Both the position numbers and the translations under genes were made by a program. 64,000 nt of DNA, taken from an uncultured Acidimicrobiaceae bacterium. Its GTDB lineage: Bacteria; Actinomycetota; Acidimicrobiia; Acidimicrobiales; RAAP-2. The notes below the pieces were generated by a model. The model saw only the letters and a list, made by a program, of their open reading frames with translations. It was not told the origin of the DNA and searched no databases. The stretch is from assembly GCA_963718405.1 (NCBI GenBank), contig CAVQYZ010000004.1:66798-130797 (forward strand), in the 5' to 3' direction. This document shows positions 11,700 through 21,520 of the stretch, one piece after another (within the stretch, counting starts at the first letter, position 1; each line of letters begins with the position of its first letter).

Positions 11700-12605
11700 T
11701 CAGCCTTCGAAGTAGTGGCCCTGGTGGAGATCGTCGATGAGCCCGGGATGGGTCGGGTGCCAATCGAGTAGCTCCTGGGTCAGGGTGCTGGACACCGGGT
11801 TGTCCAGGCCGGCGAAAAGGGCCAGATAGTCGAAGTACCCGGCCACCTCGTCAGGTTGAATGCTGACAGCCGGCACGCCCAGATGGTGGCCGATCACTTC
11901 GGCGATCTCTCGGAACGGCACGCCGTCGTCGCCGACGCCGTGCAACCGGGTACCACCCGGTGCTCCTTCGAGGGCCAGGCGGTAGAGAACGGCCACGTCG
12001 AGCGTGTGCCCGGCCGGCCAGCGGTTCGACCCATCGCCTATGTATCCGGCCTTGCCCTGCTCACGGGCGAACCGGATCAGGGTCGGGGTGAAGCCGGTCC
12101 GGTCGAGCGAGCTGTGGACCAGAGGGGGAAGGCGCACGACGGATGAGCGGACCCCACGCCGGGCCAGGGCGATCACGGCGTTCTCGGCGTCGATCCGCGG
12201 CCCGGCCGGCATGACGTCGGCCTCGGTCCCGATGCCTTCCAGCCCTCCGAAGGCCAGCGGGAGGGTCCCCGAGGTCCCTACCAGGGGCTTTCCCGTGCCC
12301 TCGAGGGTGTCACCGATGGCCTCGAGGGCACCGAGATCGGCCTCCAGCGCCCCTTCGAAGTCGCCCGAGTTCATCTCGTCGTGCTTGAAGGCCAGGTGGA
12401 TGACTCCGTCGGACCCGGCCACGGCCGCCCGCAGGATGTCGTGGTCGTCGAGAGAACCGCGCTGGACGTCCGCCCCGAGGGCGGCCACCGCCGTGGCGGA
12501 GGTTTCCGACCGGGCCAACCCGAGGACGGTGTGTCCGGCCCCGAGCAGTTCGGGGATGACGGCTGATGCGATGTGTCCGGATGCGCCGGTGATGAACACG
12601 TTCAT
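11700..12605 (-). CDS. NAD(P)-binding SDR / NmrA-like oxidoreductase
   Basis: Rossmann start MNVFITGASGHIASAV. Intact 301-aa ORF, divergent from the TetR gene. Confidence 0.8.
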   Translation of the reverse strand: MNVFITGASGHIASAVIPELLGAGHTVLGLARSETSATAVAALGADVQRGSLDDHDILRAAVAGSDGVIHLAFKHDEMNSGDFEGALEADLGALEAIGDTLEGTGKPLVGTSGTLPLAFGGLEGIGTEADVMPAGPRIDAENAVIALARRGVRSSVVRLPPLVHSSLDRTGFTPTLIRFAREQGKAGYIGDGSNRWPAGHTLDVAVLYRLALEGAPGGTRLHGVGDDGVPFREIAEVIGHHLGVPAVSIQPDEVAGYFDYLALFAGLDNPVSSTLTQELLDWHPTHPGLIDDLHQGHYFEG

Positions 12606-12652
12606 GGAGACTCCTTGACGGTGGGTTGGTCTGTCCGAGGATGCAGCGGACG

Positions 12653-12705
12653 GTCATGACACTTGGTGTCATGACTACAGTACCAGGAATGTCACCTGGT
12701 GTCAT
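12653..12705. promoter_or_regulatory. two palindromic operator candidates in the SDR/TetR divergent intergenic region
   Basis: 12653-12675 is GTCATGACAC-ttg-GTGTCATGAC (perfect 10-bp arms). 12689-12705 is ATGTCACC-t-GGTGTCAT (one mismatch). Both share the half-site GGTGTCAT. Confidence 0.45.
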
Positions 12706-12727
12706 CACACGCCCGTAGGATCGTGCC

Positions 12728-13318
12728 ATGGTGCGCTGGGAGGCCGGATCGGACGGGAGGCTGGTGCGGGCGGCCTACGAGCTGTTCGCTGAGCGCGGCT
12801 ACGAACAGGTCACCGTGGCCGAGATCGCCGCCCGGGCCGGGCTGACCAAGCGGACGTTCTTCCGGTACTTCCCCGACAAACGTGAGGTGCTGTTCTCGGG
12901 AGCCGCGGAGTTCCAGGCAGGGGTGGTCTCGGCTGTGGCCGGTGCGCCCGCGGGAAGGGCCCCGATCGATGCCGTGGCCGAGGCGCTGGTACTGGCCGGA
13001 GAGAGCCTCGCCGCCCTCGGCGAACCGGCTCGCCAGCGCCAACGTCTCATCGACGGCTCGCCGGACCTGCGGGAGCGCGAGATGATCAAGATGGCCACCC
13101 TCACGGCGGAGATCGGAGCCGCGCTGGAGCAACGGGGGGTTCCGGCCCAGGTGGCCGGCCTCACCGCTCAAGCGGGGATGGCGGTGTTCAAGACGGCCTT
13201 CGAGCGCTGGGCCGGCCTGGACGGCGACGTTGCGTTCTCGCCTCTCTTCCGGCAAGCGCTGGGTGAACTCCGGTCGGCCATTGATCCGGGCCCCGGGGCC
13301 GAACCGGGCCGTGGGTGA
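12728..13318 (+). CDS. TetR/AcrR family transcriptional regulator
   Basis: HTH ERGYEQVTVAEIAARAGLTKRTFFRYFPDKREVL. Intact 196-aa ORF. Confidence 0.85.
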   Translation: MVRWEAGSDGRLVRAAYELFAERGYEQVTVAEIAARAGLTKRTFFRYFPDKREVLFSGAAEFQAGVVSAVAGAPAGRAPIDAVAEALVLAGESLAALGEPARQRQRLIDGSPDLREREMIKMATLTAEIGAALEQRGVPAQVAGLTAQAGMAVFKTAFERWAGLDGDVAFSPLFRQALGELRSAIDPGPGAEPGRG

Positions 13319-13329
13319 AGCGCAGGCCG

Positions 13330-14743
13330 GCGAATTCGGACGCTGGGCAGCACCTGTCCGGCGGGCCTCGGCGAACCGGGCCAGCGCCTCCTGTCGCTCG
13401 GCCGCATGGTCGACCAGGAGGTCGGGGGCGGGGCCCGGGCCTGATCCGCAACACCGTCCGCGGGTCGCGGGCGGGTGGTGGAGATACCGATCGACGTAGG
13501 CGCCCGTCGGGTCGAAGCGCTCCAGTTGACGCGAGGGGTTGAGCACCCGGTGGAACGGGGCGGCGTCGGTCCCCGTGCCCGCCACCCACTGCCAACCGTG
13601 CTGGTTCGAGGCCAGGTCGCCGTCGACCAGGTGCCACATGAACCAGCGGGCCCCGAGCCGCCAGTCGATGTGGAGGTCCTTGACCAGAAAGCTGGCGGTG
13701 ACCATCCGGACCCGATTGTGCATCCAGCCCTCGGCCAGTAGCTGGCGCATCCCGGCATCGACCAGCGGGTAGCCGGTGGTCCCGGTGGCCCACGCCGCGA
13801 ACCGCTCCCGGGCCCGCTCGTCCGTGTCCCAGCGGAGTCGGGCCCCGAACGCCAACAGTGGGGCGCGCGCCGAGTCGGGCCGGTGCCAGAGCACGTCGGC
13901 GTAGAACTCCCGCCAGGCCAGCTCGGTCCGCAGGCGCTCCGCCCCGGCCCCGGTCCCGAGGAACGACAACACGGTGCGCGGATGGATGCAGCCGAAGCGC
14001 AGGTAGGGCGAGAGGCCTGACGTACCGGGAACGGCCGGCAGGTCACGGTCACGGTCGTAGTCGGCGGCCGGCCCCGCCATGAACCGCTCGAACCGGTCCC
14101 ACGCCGCTACCGGCCCGGCACCAGGGAGGGCCGCGGCGGGGCCGAGGGGGAGGCCCTCCCACCAGTCGGGCAGACCGTGCGACCCGGGGGTGGCCACGGC
14201 CGGCTCCACGGCCAGGTCGCCATGGTCGCTTCCGAGGCCCCGCCACCGGACGTCAGGGGGGAGGGACGGGCCCGGCCACCCGACCCCCTTCCAGGCCCGG
14301 TGGTAGGCGGTGAACACTTTGAACGGGGTGCCGGACCCGGAGCGAACCCGGCCCGGGGCCACGGCGTAGTTGGAGTCGACCGTCATCAGCCGGCGGCCGT
14401 CGGCTGCCAGGGCCTGCGCCACGGCGGCATCCCGGGCCCGACCGTGGGGACCGAAGTCGCCGGTGGCGACCACCACGGCCGCCCCGGCCTCGGCGGCCAC
14501 GGCGGGGACCACCGTGGTGGGGTCGCCGCTCCGTACCACCAGGCCCTCCCCCAGCTCATCATCGAGGGCGGCCACCGCCGCGGCCAGAAAGCGCCGCCGG
14601 TTGGGGCCGGCCGGCTCGAGCAGGGCCGGGTCCGCCACGAACAGGGCCACCACGCCGTCGGGCCCGGCTTGGTGGGCGGCCCGTAGGGCGGGCAGGTCGT
14701 CGAGACGCAGATCCCGCCGGAACCACAGGACGGAGCTGGCCAC
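13330..14743 (-). CDS. phr: deoxyribodipyrimidine photolyase (cryptochrome/photolyase family); 3' end unresolved
   Basis: GTG at 14743 followed by ASSVLWFRRDLRLDD. FAD-binding block TSGLSPYLRFGCI, GYPLVDAGMRQL...GWMHNRVRM, DGDLASNQHGWQW. Ends ...LLVDHAAERQEALARFAEAR near 13340. No stop codon follows in any minus frame until 13188 or lower. Confidence 0.8.
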
Positions 14744-16234
14744 GATCAGGGGGACCGGGGGGTGCCGACGGTGCCGGCGGTGCGGCCGGCTGTGCCCCCG
14801 GTCGGGAGCGAAGCCGCACCCGGCGGGCCCGGCCCCGGACCATGACCCCGAACACCACCCGGTGGACGGGCCACAGCGCCCACCAGTAGGCCAGGCCCAC
14901 GAGGCCCTTGGGCCGGAACGCCGCGGCCTGTTCCACGCCGGTGGGGTCTCATCGATCTGGAGGGCCAGCCAGCCGTCCCCGCAGAACCACCCGACCGAGG
15001 CCAGCACCAGGTGGTCGGGATCGACCCGCTCCACCCGCCACCAGTCGGCCAGTGCTCCGGCCGTGAGCCGGTCGGGCCGCCGGGTCGAGAGCTTCTCGCC
15101 GAACAGCCGGCCCAGCGCCACCCGTAGGGCCCAGGCCCAGGCCAGGCCGTACCAGGAGAGGCTGCCGCCCACATGGGCCAGATCGTCCCGGGCCGCCTCG
15201 ATCCGCTCGGGCTCCAGCGGCGCAGCGGAGCGCATGATGTAGACGCCGGTACCGAGGGGCTCGGACCGGTCGAGCAGGCCGGCGGCGACCCGGTCGGCCT
15301 CGTCGCTGATGGCCCGGCGGACCGCTTCGGTGACCGGCAGTGGGGTGATGCCGAAGGCGGCGAAGGTGCGCTCGGGCTCGTGGACCAGCACCTCGCTCAC
15401 CAGGCTCTCGATCAGGGTGTGGCTGACCCGCCGGTCGACCGGACTGACCAGGTCGACCCAGCGGGCCGACAGCGAGGGGGTGACGAAGGGCACGGTGAAG
15501 ACATGCCGGGGCCGTAGTCCCCTCACCTCGGCGTAGCAGCGCATCATGGTCCCGTAGTCGGTCACGTCAGGCGTGCCGATCTCGTAGATGCCCGGCGGGG
15601 CCGCCAGGGCCCCGGCCAGGTAGTCGAGCAGGTCGCACTCGGCCAGCGGTTGGAGCCGGGTGGTGATCCAGCGGGGGCAGACCATGACCGGCAGGCGCTC
15701 GGTGAGCGAGCGCAACATCTCATAGGAGATGCTGCCGGCCCCGAGGATGACCGCGGCGCGCAGCTCGACGACCGGTACGCCGGAGGCGGCCAGCACCGCG
15801 CCCACCTCCTGGCGGCTGACCAGGTGGGGGGAGAGTTCACCCCGGCCCAGGCCGCCCAGGTAGATGATCCGGCCGACCCCGGCCGATTTGGCGGCCCGGC
15901 CGAAGGCTTCGGCCAGTTGGCGGTCGCGGGCTTCGAACCCGGTGCCGCCGGCCAGGGCGTGGACCAGGTAGTAGGCGGCGTCGGCACCGGCCAGGGCCTG
16001 GGCGGTGCTCCCGGGGTCGGCTACGTCGACCGTCATGGGCGTGATCCGCTCACCGGAGGGCAGGGCGTCCGGAGTCCGGCCCAGGGCCGTCACCTGGTGA
16101 CCGGCCCCGGCCAGCCGGTGGGCCAGCAGCCGGCCCACGTAGCCACTGGCGCCGGCGATGACGATCCGGCGGGCCGGGGCGGTGGGGCCCCGATGTCCCG
16201 TTCCTCCCGCCCCGGTGGCCGGCGGGGCGGTCAC
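14744..16234 (-). CDS. NAD(P)H-binding SDR domain + DUF2867 protein; frameshift near 14940
   Basis: The GTG at 16234 overlaps the stop of the upstream SDR gene (GTGA). RRIVIAGASGYVGRLL Rossmann motif. The DUF2867 tail ...WRVERVDPDHLVLAS..GDGWLALQI continues in another frame as AAFRPKGLVGLAYWWALWPVHRVVFGVMVRG. A TGA at 14744-14746 in the third frame abuts the photolyase GTG. Confidence 0.65.
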
Positions 16235-17277
16235 GGCCCGGCTTCCGGCACGGGCGTCCCGGTCCCGGTGCGGGCCGCACACCAGTCGAGGAGGCGTTCC
16301 GGGTCACCGGGACCGCTCGGGTGGGTGACCGGAAAGCGGTGGTCGGAGCGGGGGTGTCGGTCGTGGAAGAAGCCCCTGGTGATCGGCTCGACCCCGGCGG
16401 CCCGCGCCGCCACCGTCGGTCCCCCGGCGGCCAGCCACACCGCGGTGTCCGCCCCTTCGGTGGGCGTGCGCAGCAGCGGGCGCATCAGGGTGCGGAACTT
16501 CGGTAGGCCCTGGGCCAGGCCGGGGGTGTCCACCCAGCCCGGGTGCATGGCGTAGCTGGCCACCGGCACCGGAGCGAAGCGGTCGGCCCAGGCGTCGGCC
16601 AGCACCAGCTGGGCCCGCTTGGCCTTGGCGTAGGCCACCACGCCGTCGTAGCCGTCCGGTCCGGTCTCGAGGGTGCCGAGATCGAAGCGCTGCGAGTACA
16701 TGCCCCCCGAGCTCATGGTGACGATGGTGGGCGGCACGGAACTCCCGTCGGCGCCACCGCCGGCCGAGGAGAAGAGCAGCGGGGCCAGGGCCGCGGTCAG
16801 CAGGTAGGGGCCCAACACCTGGGTGGCCACGGTGCGCTCCACCCCCTCGGCGGTGGTCTGGTACGTCGGGGTCAGCGCGCCGGCGTTGTGCACCAGGGCG
16901 TCGAGGCGGGCCGCACGGTCCCGGATGCTCCTGCCCAAGGCGGCCACGGCGGTGGGATCGGACAGGTCGACCAGGTGGAGTTGGGTCCGGCCCGGACCGG
17001 CGGCGTCCACCGCGGCGACGGCGGCGGCCCCCCGGACCGGGTCCCGGCCCACCAGGTGCACATCGGCACCGAGGCCGGCCAGGGCGGTGGCCGCGGCCAG
17101 GCCGATACCCGAGGTGGCCCCGGTGACCAGGGCCACCCGGCCGTTCATCGGCGGCGGGTCGCCCCACTCCTCCAGCCGGCGACGGAGCTCGATCCCGACC
17201 CGGCTGAAGCTCGGGGCCACCGTCGCTTCGGCCACGGCGTCCGTGGCCCGGGCCAGGGCGTGCCGGGCACGGTCCAT
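16231..17277 (-). CDS. SDR family oxidoreductase
   Basis: ATG at 17277 lies 3 nt after the SRPBCC stop. GRVALVTGATSGIGLA cofactor motif and YAKAKRA (YxxxK). Confidence 0.85.
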   Translation of the reverse strand: MDRARHALARATDAVAEATVAPSFSRVGIELRRRLEEWGDPPPMNGRVALVTGATSGIGLAAATALAGLGADVHLVGRDPVRGAAAVAAVDAAGPGRTQLHLVDLSDPTAVAALGRSIRDRAARLDALVHNAGALTPTYQTTAEGVERTVATQVLGPYLLTAALAPLLFSSAGGGADGSSVPPTIVTMSSGGMYSQRFDLGTLETGPDGYDGVVAYAKAKRAQLVLADAWADRFAPVPVASYAMHPGWVDTPGLAQGLPKFRTLMRPLLRTPTEGADTAVWLAAGGPTVAARAAGVEPITRGFFHDRHPRSDHRFPVTHPSGPGDPERLLDWCAARTGTGTPVPEAGP

Positions 17278-17279
17278 GC

Positions 17280-17714
17280 TCACGCCGCCAGGGCGCGGCG
17301 CAGGCCGGCGGCGGCCCGGTCCCCGATGCGCCGGAACGAGAGGCCGAGAAGCGGCGTGAACAGGACCGCTCCGCCCTTCAGCTCCAAGGTGGCGTGGTAG
17401 GTGAGGATGGAGCCGCCCTGGGGATCGGGAACGACCTCGATCACGTCGGTGGATCGCACCAAGGCGTTCTCCGCCCGGAGCACGACCCGGTGGGGACGCT
17501 CGTACTCCTCGATGCGGTAGTTGAGGGGGATGGACCGACCGTAGTTCCGAACCACCAGCCGATAGGTGGCGCCCAGGCCGGTCGCCCCGGGGTCGTCCTC
17601 GGTGGCCTCGGCCACCCCGGGGTCCCACCGGGCGGCGTTGGAGAAGCGGGCCATGTAGTCGAAGACCTCAGCCGGGGGCCACCGAGAGGTGACGCGTGCA
17701 CGGTAGGTCGCCAT
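17280..17714 (-). CDS. SRPBCC (polyketide cyclase/dehydrase-like) family protein
   Basis: 144-aa ORF with VFDYMARFSNAARWDPGV..YRLVV and a length typical of the family. First gene of the minus-strand operon. Confidence 0.8.
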   Translation of the reverse strand: MATYRARVTSRWPPAEVFDYMARFSNAARWDPGVAEATEDDPGATGLGATYRLVVRNYGRSIPLNYRIEEYERPHRVVLRAENALVRSTDVIEVVPDPQGGSILTYHATLELKGGAVLFTPLLGLSFRRIGDRAAAGLRRALAA

Positions 17715-17722
17715 CCCGGTAG

Positions 17723-17738
17723 TTTAGTACTAAATAAC
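17723..17738. promoter_or_regulatory. AT-rich palindromic motif TTTAGTACTAAATAAC (copy 1)
   Basis: The perfect 12-bp palindrome TTTAGTACTAAA sits in the 82-bp divergent region between the SRPBCC and FAD-oxidoreductase operons. It is very AT-rich against a roughly 70% GC background. Confidence 0.4.
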
Positions 17739-17796
17739 ATCCGGGGCTCGTGCAGTTTCGAATAACGGGTGTCCGACGGCACGAAAGAGACAGCTC

Positions 17797-19047
17797 ATGC
17801 GGATCGCCATCATCGGCAGCGGGGTATCGGGCCTGGTCACGGCCCACCTGCTGCGCGGCCACCACGACATCGTCCTCTACGAGGCCGACGAGCGCCCGGG
17901 AGGCCACTCCCACACCCACCGGATCGAGCTGCCCGAGCTGACCTGCGATGTCGACACCGGGTTCCTGGTCTACAACGAGCGCACCTATCCCTTGTTCTCC
18001 CGCCTGCTCGACGAGCTCGGGGTGGCCTCCAAGCCCAGTGACATGAGTTTCAGCGTGGCCGACCAGCGCACCGGCCTCGAGTGGCGGGGAACGTCGTTCT
18101 CCACCGTCTTCGCCCAGCGGCGCAACCTGGCCCGGCCCGACTTCTTGCGGATGCTGGCCGACGTGGCCCGTTTCAACCGGCTGGCCCGGGGGCTGCTGGC
18201 CGACCCGCCGCCCGACGGCGTGACCCTGGAGGAGGTCCTGGCCCCACACCGCTGGTCGGCCGGCTTCCGCCACTGGTACCTGGTCCCGCTGGGCTCATCG
18301 ATCTGGTCGGCCGACCCCTCGACGTTCACCCAGATTCCCGCCGCCACCTTCGCCCGCTTCTTCGAGCGCCATGGCCTGCTCCGACTGCGCGACCAGCCGA
18401 AGTGGCGGACGGTGGACGGTGGCTCGAAGCGTTACGTCGACGCCATCCTTTCCCCGTTGCGGCAGGAGGGCCGGCTCCGACTGGGGAGCCCGGTGGCCAA
18501 GATCCGCCGCAACCCCGGTGGCGTGGAGGTGGTCAGCGAGGCCGGCGTCGAGACCTACGATCACGTCGTGCTGGCCACCCACAGCGATCAGGCCCTGTCG
18601 CTGCTGTCGGACCCCGACCGGGTGGAGCGCCAAACGCTCAGTGCCTTGCGCTACCAGTCCAACCGGGCCGTCCTGCACACCGACGTCAACCTGCTACCCA
18701 CCGAGCGCCGGGCCTGGGCCAGCTGGAACTACCACCGACTGGAGGCGGAGCGGGACGAGGCCACGCTCACCTACTACCTGAACCGTCTCCAGGGCATCGA
18801 CTCGGCCACCCCCGTACTGGTCACCCTCAACAATGACGCGGCCATCGACCCCGGCAAGGTACTGGGCCACATGGAGTACGCCCACCCGGTGCTGGATCCG
18901 GCTGCGGCACAGGCCAAGACCCACCACGGGGAGATCAACGGCACCCGGCGCACCTGGTTCGTCGGCGCCTACTGGGGCTACGGCTTTCACGAGGACGGGG
19001 TACGTAGTGCGGTGGAGACGTGCCGGGCCATGGGGGTGGTGTGGTGA
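17797..19047 (+). CDS. NAD(P)/FAD-dependent oxidoreductase (amine-oxidase fold)
   Basis: MRIAIIGSGVSGLVTAHLL...YEADERPGGHSHT dinucleotide-binding start. Intact 416-aa ORF. Confidence 0.85.
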   Translation: MRIAIIGSGVSGLVTAHLLRGHHDIVLYEADERPGGHSHTHRIELPELTCDVDTGFLVYNERTYPLFSRLLDELGVASKPSDMSFSVADQRTGLEWRGTSFSTVFAQRRNLARPDFLRMLADVARFNRLARGLLADPPPDGVTLEEVLAPHRWSAGFRHWYLVPLGSSIWSADPSTFTQIPAATFARFFERHGLLRLRDQPKWRTVDGGSKRYVDAILSPLRQEGRLRLGSPVAKIRRNPGGVEVVSEAGVETYDHVVLATHSDQALSLLSDPDRVERQTLSALRYQSNRAVLHTDVNLLPTERRAWASWNYHRLEAERDEATLTYYLNRLQGIDSATPVLVTLNNDAAIDPGKVLGHMEYAHPVLDPAAAQAKTHHGEINGTRRTWFVGAYWGYGFHEDGVRSAVETCRAMGVVW

Positions 19048-19973
19048 GCGCCCCCGGTGTTGCCACCCCACTGGCCCTGTACCCCGTGGAGGATGCGGTC
19101 GGCGGGGTGGAACACGATCGGGCCCCAGCCACCTGGCCCGACCGGGACCCCAACGGCCTGCGCAGCGCGGTGTACGAGGGTGTGCTCCTCCACAAGCGCT
19201 TCGGGCCCGGGCCGAGCCACTCGTTCCGCTACCGGGTGGCCATGCCGTTGCTCGACCTGGCCGAGGTCGATGAGGTGATGGACCTCCACCCGGCCTGGTC
19301 CGCCCGCCGCCCCGCCCCGGTCCGGTTCCGGCGCCAGGATTTCTTCGGTGACCCGGCCACACCCCTCGACCAGGCCGTGCGGGACCTGGTGGCCGAACGT
19401 ACCGGGAGGCGTCCGGTGGGCCCCGTGGCCGTGCTGGCCAACGTGCGCACCTGGGGCTGGTTGTTCAACCCCATCAGCCTGTACTTCTGCGCCGACCCGG
19501 CCGACCCCGGGGGCGGACCGGGACAGGTCGACTCGCTGGTGGCCGAGGTGGAGAACACGCCCTGGCACGAGCGCCACGCCTACGTGGTCGGCCCTCCGGG
19601 GAGGCACCGATTCGCCAAGGAGCTCCATGTGTCGCCCTTTCTCCCGCCGCGCCTCGACTACGAGCTCCGCTACACCGCTCCGGGATCACAGCTCACGGTG
19701 GGCCTCACCGTGCTCGAGGGCGACCGGAGGCTGTTCGACGCCACGCTCCTCCTGCGTCGTCGGGCCCTCGATCGGGCGGCACTGGGCCGCTTGCTGTGGA
19801 ACTATCCGGCCATGACCCACCGCGTCACCGCCGGCATCTATGCCCAAGCCGCCCGCCTCCGGCTGAAGGGCGCTCCGTTCTTCAGCCATCCGACCGACCG
19901 GGGCGCACCGGGGGCCGGCGGAACCACCTGCCCCGCCCCATCCGCGCCGGTACCCATCCGGACCGGGCCATGA
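19044..19973 (+). CDS. DUF1365 domain protein
   Basis: The GTG at 19044 overlaps the upstream stop (GTGA). Family-typical SAVYEGVLLHKRFGPGPSHSFRYRVAMPLLDLAEV and WGWLFNPISLYFC. The exact start is uncertain. Confidence 0.75.
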   Translation: MSAPGVATPLALYPVEDAVGGVEHDRAPATWPDRDPNGLRSAVYEGVLLHKRFGPGPSHSFRYRVAMPLLDLAEVDEVMDLHPAWSARRPAPVRFRRQDFFGDPATPLDQAVRDLVAERTGRRPVGPVAVLANVRTWGWLFNPISLYFCADPADPGGGPGQVDSLVAEVENTPWHERHAYVVGPPGRHRFAKELHVSPFLPPRLDYELRYTAPGSQLTVGLTVLEGDRRLFDATLLLRRRALDRAALGRLLWNYPAMTHRVTAGIYAQAARLRLKGAPFFSHPTDRGAPGAGGTTCPAPSAPVPIRTGP

Positions 19974-21398
19974 CCCGGTCCCATGGTCTGGTGGACAGTG
20001 GCGCCTCGCCGGACGGCCAGGTCGTGGACATCGGGGCGGGAGACCGCTCCCGGGCCAGCCGCCCCGGGGGGGCCGGTGTGGCCTCCAACCGCGCCGACCT
20101 GACGCCGATCCGGTCGGCGCCGGAACAGCCTCCGGCCGAGGTGCGCTTCCGGGCCACCCTGGGCCACGTGGCCCCGCCCGACCGATTCGCCGGCAGCAGC
20201 CTGGCGCGCCGGATCGTGCTGGCGGCGGGACGGTACGCCGGCGGCGGGGCCATCGAGATCACCGAGGGAGACGACACGTTCCGCCTGGGCCGGGGTGAGC
20301 CCCTGGCCCGGGTGACGGTGCACGACCGCCGGGCCTATGGCGCCCTGCTGCGGTCGGCCTCGGTCGGCCTGGGTCGTTCGTATGTGGCCGGATGGTGGGA
20401 TACCGACGACTTGACCGGGCTGGTTCGGGCCCTGGTCCGTGACACCCGCCCGTTACGCGAGCGATTGGATCGGCTGGGGAGGGCCTGGGGCGCCCTGTTG
20501 GACGTCCCGGCCCGCCTGGCCGCCCCGGGTCGGGACGAGGACAAGCGGAACATCGCCGACCACTACGACCTCTCCAACGACTTCTTCGCCCTGATGCTGG
20601 ATGAGACCATGACCTACTCGTGCGCGGTGTTCGACCGGCCCGGGGCCACCCTGGCCGACGCTCAGGAAGCCAAGATGGACCGGCTCTGCGCCAAGCTGGA
20701 GCTGGCCCCCACCGACCACCTGGTCGAGGTGGGCTCGGGCTGGGGTGGCCTGGCGGTCCACGCCGCCGTCAACTTCGGCTGCCGGGTGACCACCACCACC
20801 ATCTCCGAGGCGCAGCGTTCCTACGTGGAGCGGCGGGTGGCCGACGCCGGGCTGTCCGACCGCATCACCGTGCTCGGGCGGGACTGGCGGGATCTCACCG
20901 GACGGTACGACAAGCTGGTCTCGGTGGAGATGATCGAGGCGGTGGACTGGCGATGGCACGACCGGTTCCTGGCCCGGTGCTCCGATCTGCTCGCCGATGA
21001 CGGGCTGGCCGCCATTCAGGCCATCGTCATCGACGACCGCAGCTTCGAACGGGCCAAGCGCCACGATGACTTCGTCCGCCGGATGGTCTTCCCCGGCGGG
21101 TGCCTCCCCTCGGTGGCCTCGCTCACCACCAGCCTGGCCCGGGCTACCGACCTGCGCCTGGTGGACCTGGAGGATGTCGGCCGCCACTACGCCGAGACGC
21201 TGCGGCGTTGGGCGGACAACCTGGACGCGGAACACCGAGGCGGTCACGGCCCTCGGGGTCAGCCCGGAGTTCCGCCGTCTGTGGGACCTGTATCTGGCCT
21301 ACTGCGAGGCGGCGTTCCTCGAACGCCACATCAGCGACGTCCAGCTGGTCCTGGCCAAGCCGGGCCGGGCCGCACGATTGACGACGCGACCCGGATGA
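19970..21398 (+). CDS. cyclopropane-fatty-acyl-phospholipid-synthase-family SAM methyltransferase; frameshift near 21235
   Basis: The ATG at 19970 overlaps the DUF1365 stop (ATGA). HYDLSNDFFALMLDETMTYSCAVF, SAM motif VEVGSGWGGLAV, SVEMIEAV. The C-terminus continues in another frame as EAVTALGVSPEFRRLWDLYLAYCEAAFLERHISDVQLVLAKPG. Confidence 0.8.
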
Positions 21399-21520
21399 GG
21401 ACCTCCCCGCGGCCCGGCCACGCGCTCAGACGGGGTCGGCCCGATGGGACCCGGAGCGCGCAACCCGGTCCCCGCTGACCGACCCGGTAGCCGGACCGCA
21501 GGCCCGACCGGGGCGAGCCG

